The position numbers were made by a program, and so were the translations under genes. Of a stretch of 64,000 nucleotides of DNA, positions 44,064 to 59,179 are shown one piece after another. The DNA comes from the human T2T-CHM13v2.0 reference genome, Homo sapiens, in NCBI RefSeq assembly GCF_009914755.1, contig NC_060937.1; one strand, given 5' to 3'. The notes beneath the pieces are model-generated. The model searched no databases and was not told the origin of the DNA. It was given only the letters and a program-made list of their open reading frames with translations. Position 1 is the first letter of the stretch. Each line of letters begins with the position of its first letter.

Positions 44064-44154
44064 AGGTAGTTGATACCTTAGAAAATGCTTAAGCCTAGAT
44101 TAAGATACCAACAACACTCTTGAGAATACAATATTTGAATATCTATACTATCTA

Positions 44155-44500
<346 letters not shown>

Positions 44501-47001
44501 AAGAATTCCCGCTAAATTTAAACTGATTTTGAGATCAAAATCTCATTGTCTAAAGTAAAATAATTTCACAAATTGCAAGTAGATATGTTAGATTGTACCT
44601 AACCTTGCCTAGCCCGATTATACTGAAATTATTACTTGCTGTTCTTTTTTGTTGTATTGTTGTTGTTGTTGTAGTTGTTGTTGTAGGGATTATTTACTTA
44701 TATAGTCACATTGGGTGACACAGATTTGAAAGTACTAAGTCATATAATCTTTTAACATGACATTCAAACAACCTCTAGAAATATGAAGCCACTAAAATTT
44801 CTGTTCTTGACCTTCTGATTTACATATGAAGAAAATTGGTGTTGGAATAGTTTTTATTTATTTTCAATGAAAGTAACTGAGTTGAAGGTAGGTATATCAG
44901 GATCACATGTGTGAAGGAGTATTTTCCAACTACATATTTTCAAGCATCACCATCCTGAGAACATTTTAAGATGCCAAGCATCTCTGAAGTGACATGCCCC
45001 AACTCATCTCTAAACCTTTAAGAGGATCAATGTGAAGGTATATTATTTGCTGCTGCTGGATGTATGTGAAACTTGTTAAATATTTTATGGTTGCAAATGC
45101 ACTGAAAGACACTGACTTAAATAGGAGAACAGTAGCATAAGAAAGGCAAAGTATTATTAGAAACCCCAACACTCTTTCTCCTATATATATAATATACACT
45201 CTTTCTCTTCTCATTTTTCTACCACTGTCATTTAATGAATATTTTAGGTTATTAGTAATGAGGATTTATCCCTAACTCCAAGGCCCTCATGATAACTAAA
45301 ATTCATTTCTTTTCAATTCTAAGTTAATATCATCTCTTTTACTATCTCTTATTTTAGACAGAAATGATTACTGTATTCAATAGAAGGATAAATAAGACTA
45401 AAACTCAAGAACAAAGGAAGAATTGTCTGTAGCTTTTAAGTCTTAGACAAATCCACATTGATGTATTACCTGCTCAGAATTTGTGTTTGCCATTTCAACT
45501 GAAGAGCTTTAAACCAAAGATGCAAGTGATAGATGGGTAAAATCCTTACATATTTATAGTGTGCTGATTGGAACTAATTACAGAAGCACATAAATGTGGA
45601 ATTTCTTTTCAAGAGAGCTGGAATCAAATTTATGGTGCCATTTCCATTCAGTTAGCTCTACAAAGAATCTTCCTTCATTTTTAACTTCGAAAAAAATCAT
45701 TTTTTCTCAACCAGTTGCTAAATGGCAGTTTGAATCCAAATTCAACTTTGATGTTTAGTTGATATGAGAAAATGAAAAGTATATTAATTTTCTAACCTGT
45801 AAGACTCACAGAAAAATTAATGTTTACCTCAGAACCTTGACATTTACACAATAAGAAGTTTCAATGTCTTTTATTTTATGGAGAGTCTAATACATATTAG
45901 ATTTCTTCACAAATATGCTAGCTCTTTTTTCTTTTTAGTCACTTTGTATGTTGCATTTTCCCATCTTTTTGAAGTTGTTTCTTCTTGTGATTATTTCCAG
46001 TGAAATGGGACCAGAAATGATTTGTCTCATTTACAAGCAATTTAAATTTCCAGGTGATTTAAATCTATTTAAAATTCAGGGAATGCTTTGTGACATTGTT
46101 TGTTTATTTGTTTCCTTCTAGAGAGAACATTTCTGATAGTGGCTACTTTATTAGGAGGATAGTGACACAGTTCAGGGACTCTAAATGACTATTTTTAAAA
46201 ATGTAACTTGGGTGAGAAATTAAGAAACGAAAGAAAAACATACAACCATTGTAGCTTTAAGCCACTGAGTGTTAGTGGTTGTTTGTTATTGCCACATAAG
46301 CTAATCTTGCCTGATTGATTCATATCCCTTACAACATTGCTCAAACTATGATAAAATATGGCTAAAACCACAAAACTTTGCTAAATAATCCCCATGAGCA
46401 TGATTACATGAAACAGCCATTTGTTGACCATTCCAGAGGGTGATTTTTAGACAAGGTGTATAATTTTCTTAGTTCTTGTTACTGAATTTGAAATTCGTGT
46501 TTTACAGAAACCTTTCAAATATAATTTTTAACAATACTTTTGCTGTATATTGCATTTTAAAGATAACACATCAATAATATATTGCAATTCTGTATATAGG
46601 TAATTAAGAACTTCATAATACAACTTTCAAAATACCATATATTTATTTGGTCTGAGTTGATAAAACTTCTGTGATCAATTAAAAGTGTTAACTTTACCTT
46701 TTCATTTCTCTTCTTCATTTTGTAGTCTAACCACTGTAGTTTCCACCTAATTCTCTTATGTATTCTATTGTAGGATAATGAAAAACAAATCCCCTTAACT
46801 GGCTTCTGCTTTTCCTTCATGATAGACCCATTTAATATATTCATAGCTCTGGTTATTTCCATTTCTCCTCCCTCTCTGGCTTGTGGAGCTCTTTACTGTG
46901 TATACACCACAATAAATAAAATATAAATAAGCAGCTTCAACTGAGTGCTCAACAACAACAAAGGGACATTTTGTTGTATTTCTTTTTCTACTTTCTAAAA
47001 T

Positions 47002-47570
<569 letters not shown>

Positions 47571-47627
47571 AAACCTATGACTCTAGCTGCCTCCACATTT
47601 ACTTCTTTATTTCCTCTTGACACAAAA

Positions 47628-48888
47628 TATTTATGTGCCTCATAATGAGATTTCGTGAACAATAGAACACATATTTGATGATGTTCCCATAAAATAATAA
47701 TGAGGCCTAAAAATTCTATACCGTAGGGATGTCATAGTCATCATAATGCTGACCGTAACATAACACATTAGTCACTTCTTTGTGATGACATTGGTGTAAA
47801 AAACTACTATGTTTCCCGTCATATAAAAGTATAAAACATACAAATATAATCATAATACATGTTACCCTATTACTGGTTTATGTATTTATTACACTATACA
47901 TTTTATGATTATTTCAGAATGTACTGCTTCTACCTATTTTTTTAAGAAAGTAAATGTAATACAGCCGCAGGCAGTTCCTTCAGGAAGCTTTGTGGAAGAA
48001 TGCATTGTTATCTTAGCAGATGACAGCTCCATGTGTGTTATTGTCCCTGAAGACCTTCCAGGGGGACAGGATGTGGAAGTGGAAGACAGTGATACTGATG
48101 ACCCTTACCTTGTGTGTATAGGCTTAGAATAGCGTGTATGTTTGTGTCTTACTTCTCAACAAAAAAGTTTAAAAAGTAAACAATAAAAATTAAAGAAACT
48201 AAACTAGGGAAAAGCTTATAGAACATGAATAAAAGAATGAAAATATTTTTGTGCAGTTGTAAAATGTGTTTGTGTTTTAAGATGTGTTGTAAAAAAGAAT
48301 CAAAATGCTAAAATAATTTAAAAGTTTATAAAATAAAGTTTCAGTAAGCAAAGTTTAACTTACTATTGAATGAAAATTATTTTTTTAGAAATTTAGTACG
48401 GCCCAAGTGTACAATGTTTATAAAGTCTATGGTAGTGTACATTATTACCCTAGGATTTCATATTCGTTTATCACTCACTTACTGACTCACTCAGAGCAAC
48501 TTCTATTTCTGCAAGCTCCATCCATGCTAAGTGCCCTATACATGTGTAGCACTCTTTATCTTTTATACCATATTTTTATTGTACCTTTTCTATGTTAAGA
48601 TTAATTTATATACACAAATATCGTTTTGTTACACTTGCCTACATTATTGAGTAGAGTAATATGCTGTACTCTTAGTACAGTAGTAACATGCTGTACTACA
48701 GAATTGAGTAGACTAACATGCTGTACTGTCTGTAGCCTAGAAGCAAAAGGCTATACCATATAGCCTGAGTGTGGAGTAGGCCACCCTATCTAGTTTTGTG
48801 TGAGTATACTCTGTGATGTTTGAACAAAGGCAAAGTTGCCTAGGAACACATTCCTCAGAATGTGTACCCACTGGTAAGCAACACTGTA
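47628..48888 (+). mobile_element. Tigger3b (MER7B)-like TcMar-Tigger DNA transposon
   Basis: gatgacagctccatgtgtgttattgtccctgaagaccttccagggggacaggatgtggaagtggaagacagtgatactgatgaccc; aggctataccatatagcct; decayed TIRs. Confidence 0.85.
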
Positions 48889-49280
48889 CATAGCCAGGGT
48901 GATTCCTTTATATGCACTTCACTCCATATACTGTTAGCTTCTGCAACTATCCTGCATTTCATCTGCTGCTGCCTGTTCTGGGTCCTAATTTATCTGTCTT
49001 CTTTCTTGTGCATGTACGTTGCCTCTCCCACACCTATATACTTCTCAAAGCATCAAACACGCCTAACAGGGCTGTAAAAAATAAATAATATAATATATTT
49101 TTAAAGTCTTCCATATTTTCATTTTGAAAAAAATATCGAATCCCTTCATAAGTATTTATTCCAAGTAAATTTTAAAAAATTCTTTTTTCTCATTTGCTAA
49201 GTTGGAAAGATTTAGCTAGAAAATCTCTTCATTATAAGTGGAATAAAGTAGATAAAATTAAAAATGAGAGAAAGAACCAA

Positions 49281-51653
49281 TGATATGGACTGGCTGTTTC
49301 CCCATCCAAGTCTCATCTTGAATTTTCGTTCCCATAATCCCCATGTGTCATGAGAAGAACCCAGTGCAGATAATTGAATCATGGAGGTGGTTACTTTCAT
49401 GTTCTTCTCATTATAGTGAGTGAGTTTTCAAGAGATCTGATGGTTTTATAAGAGGCTTTTGCTGCTTTTGCTTGGCACTTCCCCTTGCTGCCATCATGTG
49501 AAGAAGGACATGTTTTCTTCCCCTTCCACCATGATTGTAAGTTTCCTGAAACCTTCCCAACCCTGTGGAACTATGAGTCAATTAAATCTCTTTCCTTTAT
49601 AAATAACCCAGTCTTAGGTATGTCTTTATTAGCAGCATGAGAATGAACTAATACAGTAAATTGGTAATGGGTAGTGGAGCACTGCTGTAAAGATACCTGA
49701 AAGTGAGAAAGCAACTTTGGAGCTGGGTAACAGGCAGAGGTTGGAACACTTTGGAGAGCTCAGAAGACAGGAAAATGTGGGAAAAATTGGAATTTCCTAG
49801 AGACTTAGAGGTCTCAGAAGACAAGAAGATGCGGAAAAGTTTGGAACTTCCTAGAGACTTATTGCATGACTTTGACCAAACCAAAATGCTGATGATTGTA
49901 TGGACAATAAAGTCCAGGCTGAGGTGGTCTCAGATGAAGATGAGAAACTTTTTGGGAACTGGAGCAATGGTGACTCTTGTTATGCTTTAGTGAAGAGACT
50001 GGTGGCATTTTGTCCCTGCCCTGGAGATCTGTGGAAATTTGAACTTGAGAGAAAGATTTAGGTTATCTGGCAGGAGAAATTTCTAAGCAGCAAAGCATTC
50101 AAGAGGTGACAGAGCATAAAACTTTAGAAAATTTGCAGGCTGATGATGAGATAGAAAAGAACAACCCATTTGCTGGGGAGAAATTCAAGCCCACTTCAGA
50201 AATTTGCATACGTAATGAAGAGCTGAATGTTAATCACCAAAGGGATGGGAAAAATGTCTCCAGTGCATATCACAGACATTTATGACAGCCCCTCCCATCA
50301 CAGGCATGGAGGTCTAGGGAAAAGAGGCCTTCCCTGGAGGCCTAGGGGAAAAGTCCATACCTGGGCTGGGTCCAGGTCTCTGCTGTTGTGTGCAGCCTTG
50401 GGACTTGGTGCCCTGTGTCCCAGCTGCTCCAGCCATGACTAATAGGGGCAAATGTACAGCTCAGGCCATTGCTTCAGACGGTGCAAGCCCCAGGCCTTGG
50501 CAACTTCCATGTGGTGTTGGACCTGCGGGTGAACAGAAGTCCACAATTGAGGTTTGGGGACTTCTGCCTAGATTTCAGAGGATGTATGGAATGCCTGGAT
50601 GTCCAGGCAGAAGGCTACTGCAGGGATGGAACCCTCATGGAGAAACTCTGTTAGGGCAGTGAGGAAGGGAAATGTGAGATTGGAGCCCCCACACAGAGTC
50701 CCCACTGGGGCATTGCCTAGTGGAGCTGTGAGAAGGCCACCGACCTCCAGACCCCAGAATGGTAGATTCACTGACAGCTTGCACTGTGAACCTGGAAAAG
50801 CCACAGGCGCTCAACACCAGCCCATGAAAAGAGCCGGGAGGGGGGCTTTGCCCTGCAGAGCCACAGGGGCTGAGCTGTGCAAGGCTGTGGGAGCCCACCT
50901 CTTGCATCAGCATGACCTGGATGTAAGACATTGAGTCAAGGAAGATCATTTTGAAACTTTAAGTTTTAATGATTTCCCTATTGGATTTCAGACATTTATG
51001 GGGTCTGTGGCCCCTTGGTTTTGGCCATTTTCTCCCATTTGGAATGGCTGTATTTACCCAAGGTGCCTGTACCATCATTGTATCTAGGAAGTAACTAAGT
51101 TGCTTTTAATTTTATAGGCTCATAAGTGGAAAGGACTTGCCTTGTCTCATATGAGACTTTGGATTTGGGCTTTTGAGTCAATGCTGGAATTAGTTAAGAT
51201 TTGGGGGGACTTTTGGAAGGGCATGAATGTATTTTAAAATGTGAGCACATGAGATTTTGGAGGGACCAAAGGTGGGATGATACAGTTTGGCTGTGTCCCC
51301 ACCCAAATCTCATCTTGAATCGTAGCTCCCATAATCCCCATGTGTTCTGGTAGTGACCCAATGGGAGGTAATGTAATCATATGGGGTAATTACCGTGATG
51401 CTGTTCTCTTGACAGTAAGTAAGTAGGTTCTCAAGAGATCCGATGGTTTCATAAGGTGCTTTTCCCCTCTTGCTTGGCACTTCTCTTTGCTGCTGCCATG
51501 TGAAGAAGGACATGTTTCCTTCCCCTTCTGCCATGATTGTAAGATTCCCGAGGTCTCCCCAACCCTGTGGAACTGTGAGTCAATTAAACATCTTTCGTTT
51601 ATAAATTACCCAGTCTTGGATATGTCTTTATCAGCACCTTGAGAACTAATATG
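49281..51653 (+). mobile_element. Full-length THE1C/THE1D MaLR (LTR-int-LTR)
   Basis: 5' LTR 49281-49655, 3' LTR 51278-51653, THE1 internal region between them; ccaa flanks both ends. Confidence 0.93.
49371..49381 (+). promoter_or_regulatory. DUX4-type motif (TAAYBBAATCA) in THE1 5' LTR; second match at 51369-51379
   Basis: taattgaatca and taatgtaatca. THE1/MaLR LTRs are established DUX4 targets; binding at this copy is not shown. Confidence 0.5.
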
Positions 51654-53394
51654 CCAAGTTAATCAAAACCATTTTAATGCATTTACTTACCTAAATCATT
51701 AAAAATACAAGACACTGTTAGCTTTTCTCTGTGCTACATTTATTCTTCTATTTGGTCAGTTGAGGCTATAGCACATTTCCTCATCAGTACATGCTATAAT
51801 TCTCATACATTACCCATACAAATGAAAGTTCTTCAAATTTTAAAATGCATCACACCCTTAGAAAATGCAGAAGAACACATATAATCCCCTGGAGAGATTA
51901 GTAAACTATTCTTCTTTTTAAAACTGGCAAAGCTAATTAAGGATCCCCAGAAGAAAAGAATAATATGATTTGGTAATATTAATTTGAAAACAAAAATGAA
52001 AACACAACAATATTTTCTGGTTCTTCATATACACTCCACACAGCAATCACACTCCTGCTTCTCATTTAAAACCCGTGTTGTAGATTCAATTCACATATCT
52101 TTTAGTTTTGGAAACTATGATAACATTTTATAATTTATTTTTTATTCTCATATTAAAACAAATTTTATCCCACTTTACAAAAGCTAATAATACAATAAGA
52201 TTTCTATAAGAATATTGAGCAATTTAATGGGACGTCTTTTGTAAGTCACATAGATGATGTGCTACATACTTCAATTCTATGCACTGTTCCAAGTAAAAAT
52301 TATTTTAAATGCTCTAAGCATGGTCTTTTCCTAACATAACTTCTGATAGTTATCTCACTACATTCCTCTAAAGGATTTTCAAATTCAAATTTTAGAACTT
52401 CTCTTCGTGAAGCTGACAAAAAAGTATTTTCATCTACTTTAGAGAATAATAGCTGGCAGATAAAGCCTATAAAATAGCTACTTTTTGATTAATTCTCATT
52501 TGTCTTTGTAAAGACTCTAAGTAACACAATGTCAATAACATTGTTGAGCATTCATAATAAGCACAGCCTTGAAAGACAGTTGGTTAGGCAGAAAAGAAAA
52601 GAAGTATGATAACGAGCAAATCAAAGCTGAATAAACAAGAAAACTACAATGAATGTGGTTAGGGGCTCAGTTAATAAATAATATGTTGTTTCACCGCATA
52701 TACAAATTTTGAGTGTGTATGTCTGTTACATTCTTACTGTGTTGCCATGATACTGGCTTTTAGTTTTGTAACCTGGCATTGCTCTCCTTTCTGCCTGATC
52801 TTTACAAAAGAAGGCTTCCTCCTGATAATTGACGTTACTCTGCATATATCAGCCTTTGTGATCTAGCTCAGTGCTGGCTGCAAAATGTGTTGATATGGAA
52901 TTTGACTTGATTCTTTCTTTGAGTTGATATTTGAGTTTGGCATTTTTGAAGCTGAACTACATGGTGGTTAGTCTGTTTTTTTTTTTTAATAAGACGGCCA
53001 ATTATTGAGACTTTCACCACATATTTGACAGCTTAAAACAGATATGTGAAAATACACGTGTCTCAAATTCCACTAGGTAAAGTAAATACTAGTGTGTCAG
53101 AACATTAAAGTACAAATTGAATAAAAAATTAAAAGGAAATATTGCAAAACTGAAAAAAGTCGGGAAGTGAAAATGTCAGCTTGACCTCATTTTCTAAGGT
53201 ACTGATCATCATTAGTTGTATTCAGGCAGATTGACTCCATCCATACATGGGAATTCTATCTAGAAGATTCTGGAAGATACCCACTTATTTGCCAAATCAC
53301 TATGGAATCTTTATTATATTTTAGGTATTTAAATTTTCTTCTTGAAAATTAACTATTTAAGGACTATTTTTACACACACGCATGCACACAGAAC

Positions 53395-53760
53395 TGTATT
53401 AGTTAGGTATGAAAAATAAAAATAAAATTCTTAAACTTCAGTGGTTTATTCCCATAGAAATTAGAACCTCATTGTTCTCATTTCACTCTAATGAGGTTGG
53501 TTTAGGGGCGGCGAGTTGACCTAAATGTGGTAATTTCAGAGACGTTAACTCTTTCCATGTCTTAGTACATCTGGAACCTCTGCAATTAGTAGCAAAGAGA
53601 AGGTAAGGAAAGCATGATCAATTCCTGTGTTTCTTAATACAGAAGTGTCATTTATTATTTTCTCTCAAATTCTGTCAATAAAAAAGTTGTATGGCCCCGA
53701 TTAGTCCCCAGGAGAGTGAAAAGTAGTCCTGGCTGTAGACCTGTCACTCATCTAATACAT
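53395..53760 (-). mobile_element. Old MLT1-type LTR remnant
   Basis: Begins tgtattagttagg with an MLT1-like body; very diverged. Confidence 0.35.
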
Positions 53761-55165
53761 CAAGTGTTATTAAAATAAGTTATATTGTTTACCATATTCT
53801 TTTTAGGACACTAAATGCTATTTTGGTTAAGTTTGAACATCACACAAAGGTCTTTCATCAGCAAAATGAATGCCCTAATACAAATTAAATTACTATTCTG
53901 GTTCTAGGTGAACTGAAATAATTATTGATATCTATCTGACTTTTGTCTGCAACTGACTCTTTTTCTTCAAAATTAAACACAGAAATGAAAGCTTTGCTCT
54001 CAAGGGTTTATTTTTTTTCTCTTAAAATAAATGACATGAATTACTTCTTTCAGAATTATCTTTTCCCAAGTGTTGCTGATGGCTTCTTTTTAAAACGTTT
54101 TACATTAGCAAGTGCCATCCTGATGAAAAGCCCATTTCGACTTGACATTAATTTTACACTCAGTGCATAATACTTGACCTTGTCATTAGGTCAACTATAA
54201 ACTGCCATGAGTGAAATGTAATTTCTCTACTGCATTGCTATTTGTCCTTCTCTTATTTGTACCATGAGGTGTGCACTTGCCCTCTACTGTCATCTTTGTC
54301 TCCTTTGTATATTGCTCTTTTACTCATTAGCTCTCAACACCAATGTACCTTTGCTTACAAAAGGTAAAGGTGCCTCTACTATAAATATACATGAGTGTCT
54401 TTCTCCCTCAATCTCTAAACAAAACAAAAACTCCAAAAATCTACTTTGGTAGCTAAAAAACCCAGGAGTTTAAGCTTATAAAGGCCATGTATCAAGAAAT
54501 GTTCTGGTAAGCTGGTAAGTAGAAATGTGCATGTTACCAGAGCACTTTTCTATAAGGTGCCTTTCAAGCTCTGCTCCTTTCTGTACTGAAACACACTGTG
54601 AATTCTGTTTCCCAACAATCACCATTTCGAAATCACCCATATATAAATAACTGAATGTTCCCTTACAGTTCATGCAAATACATTCTTGAGCAATCTTTTG
54701 ATTCTTCTGCAATTCTGACAATTACTTTTATCTCCAAAAATTATAGACCATATAAAAATAGTCATATAAAAAGATGACTTTTTTACAATATAAATACATC
54801 TTTTTAAGAGTGCACATAACAAAAATGAGAATTCATTGTGAACTTGAAATTATAAAATGACATCATTTCAGATATATTGTTGCAATCATATTTTCTAGAT
54901 CCAACAAAAGCAGGTTTAAACCAAATTGTAAGACTGTGTCATTAATACCAATTTTATGTACTACATTACATAAACTAATTTATTTCAACTTAGTCCAAAA
55001 ATATGTATCATTCTTACCATCCATTTGTGTAGTTGAAAACTATCTATTTTCCAGATTTGGTTCATCTATTGCTCCTCTCTTGATATCCAACTGAACCTTC
55101 TTTGAGGAGTACATTTTCTTTAGAAGTGGTAGGCCATTGAAAACTACACAAATGTTTTGCAATAT

Positions 55166-55252
55166 AGGAGGAGGACCCGGGGGAGGAGGAGGAGGGCAAA
55201 GAAGATGAGGAGACAGAGAGAAAGAGGAGAAGAAGGAGAAAGAGAGGGAAAA
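55166..55252. repeat. GA-rich polypurine tract
   Basis: Direct observation. Confidence 0.85.
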
Positions 55253-57309
55253 CATGGAGATTAAAATTGTTCATATAAATTTTGGAAATTATCAGTAAGA
55301 GCAATAATAAGAAAATTTATTTAAGGAAAAGACTGAAAGAACAATGCTAGGAAATTATAGCTACAACTGCAGAAACATTATTTCCTTCTAGAAAATAAAC
55401 TGTGTAAACTATGTGTACTGTTATTCTACTTGGGAAGTAGATAATAAAATTATTTACTTACTTTGGAGTTAGGTTACAATTTGATAGGTTTATCTCAGTT
55501 TTCATAATAAATTAAAATATATCGCAAGCTTGGATATAGTTTTACAATTACTTCTGTTGTTTATAATAATGAAAACAATTTCATGTATAATTTTTTGACA
55601 CTTAGGAATCACCTAAAAAGCAAAGCCTTTATTATATCTCATTATAATATATTATATTAATTATTGTATGTATCATTCCTGCTGCTGTATTTTGCTTTTC
55701 TACAATAATTTTAGCAATTCAAAAATAAAGTCAGTAAGTGTTATGTTGAATAAATAATTGAATTAATATAAAAATATGAATAATATACGTTATAAGACAT
55801 CTTTAAACTTCTGACTTGTAGCAAAAAAAAGGGAACATATTTGAAAGTATACGTGAACTTTTGATAAAAATATTTTAAATATGGAGCCAGACCTTTTTTA
55901 GAAAAATTTCTATCAATCAAATAGTTTTTGAAGTAACCCATGCGTGCTGCAAATTGGGATTAAAACCGATAAAATTTATCAGTAGAAAGGAAAAGAAATG
56001 ATGATTGTAACACGGGATAAAGCCATAAAATCAAGCCTTAGAAAGTATTTATTTTAGCAAATAACTCCCTTTGAATTTCTTATTCTCTTTTAATTCTTAA
56101 AAGATGTAGTATTCTTTTCAAAACATGCAGATCCCTACAGTGCTTCATCTACTTTGAAAACAGTGCTATAGAAAAGTATGTATTTTATTTGAAAAATGAA
56201 CAAGTCAATATCATACGTATTACTGGTTTGTACATTGTATTCAATACAGAAAAAGGCTGATGATAGCTGGACCACAATTAAGTCCTGGGTTTATGGTCAG
56301 AGTCAGCATGAGGTAACTCTCAAAGTCAAAAAACTAAAGAAGTGTCAAAGAGGGAAACAAAACTGAAATATCTGTGGGATTTCATTGACATTATCAATCA
56401 GAAGAGGCCATGGCTAAGACTGCAAACACAAACACCTGTAGGTACTAGGCCATAAACTAACCGAGTTCAAGCAACAAAGATGTAAAAGTCAATAGCAACT
56501 GATCATTGATTTTCAGGTTCTGAGAACCAATACGAGGTACTGAGGACTGGGACCAACAAGAGAGGAAGCGCACGGTGGAAGTATTCCTTTCATTTACATG
56601 TGATATAGAATAATAGAGTTACATGTCCCTTTTAAATACTCTGCGAAATGTCTTCCAATGCCATTTGGCTTCTCTTTTTACAATTTCACTTTCTGTGTCA
56701 TGAGTCTTCACACTACCTTCAACATGATGGCATTACTAAAGAACAGCTCACTTCAATTAAACATTTTGTAGTCGAAGAGTCATGTACAGTCTGAGTGCTG
56801 AACTTACCTTTAGCCTTCTTCTTAGGTGGTAACCTCAAATGTAACAGAGTCAACCATAGCTTTTTAAGAGATGAAATTTAAAAATTTCACACTTCCATGT
56901 CTGCTAATAACAAACTCAAGTTGCTTCAAATGTAGCTATTTTTTAATATTTAATAGTTTAAGAACGTTTCTGTATGCTCAAAACTTACTGGGTGCTCACA
57001 GGTTGATTCCAGTGACTACACTGTTTTCAAATTATTCAACTTATTTCTCATTGAAGACAGGGACCATAGTTTTATTCCTTTCGGAGAACCCATACACAGT
57101 TGTCTCCTGAATTGATTCCTTTGGCTCTCTTCCAAGTTAGCAAAATGTTACTGGCATTCCAATGGTATTTATATTCTACTTTAAAATGTTTAGAATCTAC
57201 TCTATAATTTGTAGGAATCAGTTTGAAATATAAGAAATGAAAAATAAAAGTTACAATGTTTTGCATGTGAAAGTAACAGATAAAATAAAAACATTTCTGG
57301 CAGTAAGGC

Positions 57310-57760
57310 AATACTGATATGGCTAACTCAGTGGCTGAATAAGAATGTAGTTTTCCATTCTGCCCTCCTCGGAATGTTGTCTTCTAGTAGTTCTAGTATG
57401 GCAACTGGTGTCACATGTGGAGGCCAAAAATCAAGAAGCAGAAAAAAAAATCATCTGTCTTTCATCTCCATCAGGAACAAGAAAATTCATCATAGAATAC
57501 ATTCACATTGAGAGAACTTCTCTGTATAATTGAATTGGCGTAATTTTGTCAGATGACCTTGCCTAAAGCAATCACTCATCAGGCAAATGAGACCACATTT
57601 TTGTCAGAGGCAGGTTAAGAGCCATTCCATGTTTCCTAGGAAAGGCAGAGCACTGCTGAAAGCAAATTGGAGAATGGTGAGCCCGTGTGGAGTTTTAATA
57701 GCAAGGAAGATGTATGTCTAAGAGATAGTGATGAGGAGACAACCCAGAATGGCTGCCAAA
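57310..57760 (-). mobile_element. Old MLT1 (K/L-like) LTR remnant
   Basis: gagaacttctctgtataattgaattggcgtaattttgtcagatgaccttgcctaaagcaatcact...gacaacccagaatggctgcca resembles the MLT1 reverse strand. Confidence 0.45.
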
Positions 57761-58573
57761 AACAAAGGTAAATTTGGCTGTTTTGCTTTGGGCTCCCTTG
57801 TCTCTTACCTGAAAATCATTATAGAAAATAATGATTCCTACTCTATCAGATATTAGAGCAGCTGAGAATAATCTTCATTCTTGACTAAAATGCCAGTAAA
57901 ATATTATCTGTATTCCAATTTAAATTCACAAACCTTCTGGCATTATTAAGTAGGAATTTTAAAAGTTTTATCCAAGGATATTTTGGCTTGCTCCAAATCC
58001 TACAGACTTAGAGGAAGAAAACACACTTTTAATAAAGACAGCCAAGAATGATTTTTGTTTAATTCCTCCCAAATATGCCATTTTTGGAAGGATTTCTGGC
58101 AGGAGCAGTTTTAAGAAGCACACTGTCAATGTTGTAATGGGTTTTGAACTTGTGGCTATTATTCCAGGATAAATTCACTCTTTTTTTGTGCCCCTATGCA
58201 CAGTAGAAGGTATAAGCATTTGTTTTAAATGTAAGTATTAATTCTGACTTCTGTAAATAAGATAACATACACACTCTAATTGTTAGATTAAGTAATGTAT
58301 TACATTTCTAGGACAAAAGTAACATTGTATCACACACAGTTGGCGCTGTATACATAATTTTCATTTTCTAACAATCTTCAAAACTTAGGATCAAGTTCCT
58401 TCCACTGTTGTGGGTTATTTTCAAATCTTACAATTTTCAAAAATGAAAGCTTTTTGTAGTAAAATGCTATGAAAGGTCATTCATTTTTACATAACAGTAT
58501 CTCATGTGATAATAGAGTCCTTATAAACCTGAAATTGTATGCTTTGAGACAGTCATTTTTATAATGCCATACT

Positions 58574-58847
58574 TGATATCATTTGAATTTGTATTCCCAC
58601 CCAAATCTCATGTCGAATTGTAATCCCCAGTGTGGAAAAGGGGCTTGGTAGGAGGCAGTTTGCTTATGGGGGTCATTACTTATGGTTTAGCACCGTTACC
58701 CTAGTGCTGTCTTGTGATAGAGTTCTCCTGAGATCTGCAATGCTTTCTGTACAGCCTGCAGAACTGTGAGCCAATTAAACCTCTTTTCTTTATAAATTAC
58801 CCAGTTTCAGGTATTTCTTTATAGCAATGTGAGAATGGACTAAGGCA
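58574..58847 (+). mobile_element. MSTA/MSTB solo LTR with internal deletion
   Basis: tgatatcatttg...cccacccaaatctcatgtcgaattgtaatcccc...gagaatggactaaggca; TSD atact/atgct; about 130 bp shorter than the LTR at 30734-31137. Confidence 0.85.
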
Positions 58848-59179
58848 ATGCTCTAAGATATTAAAAAATAGGATAACAACAGAAGATGATACTAATTTAC
58901 TTTTTAAGTAAATTGCACACTTGCCTATAATATACTATGCTTTTGGTATAATATTACAATAGTGAAACAAAGAAACTGAATACATGTAGTTCACAGTGGT
59001 AAACTAATATGTGGTTTATAAAATACAATTATATACGACTTACTTTGTGAACTTCAGGATGAAGATATTTTTCATTGTCAAAAGTATTATTTTATAATAT
59101 TTATGGTTGATTTAGCATGGGCAAAAATTGCCAAATATTATTTCCCTCTTTGAAGGCATCCCATATGAAAACTCTACAT

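Noticed and set aside
49545-49570. PRDM9 hotspot motif in the THE1 LTRs
   Set aside because: The corresponding positions (accttcccaaccctgtgg; gtctccccaaccctgtgg) do not match CCNCCNTNNCCNC.
49755-49860. ~54-bp tandem duplication in the THE1 internal region
   Set aside because: As I recall, this occurs in THE1C/D internal consensus sequences, so it is probably not locus-specific.
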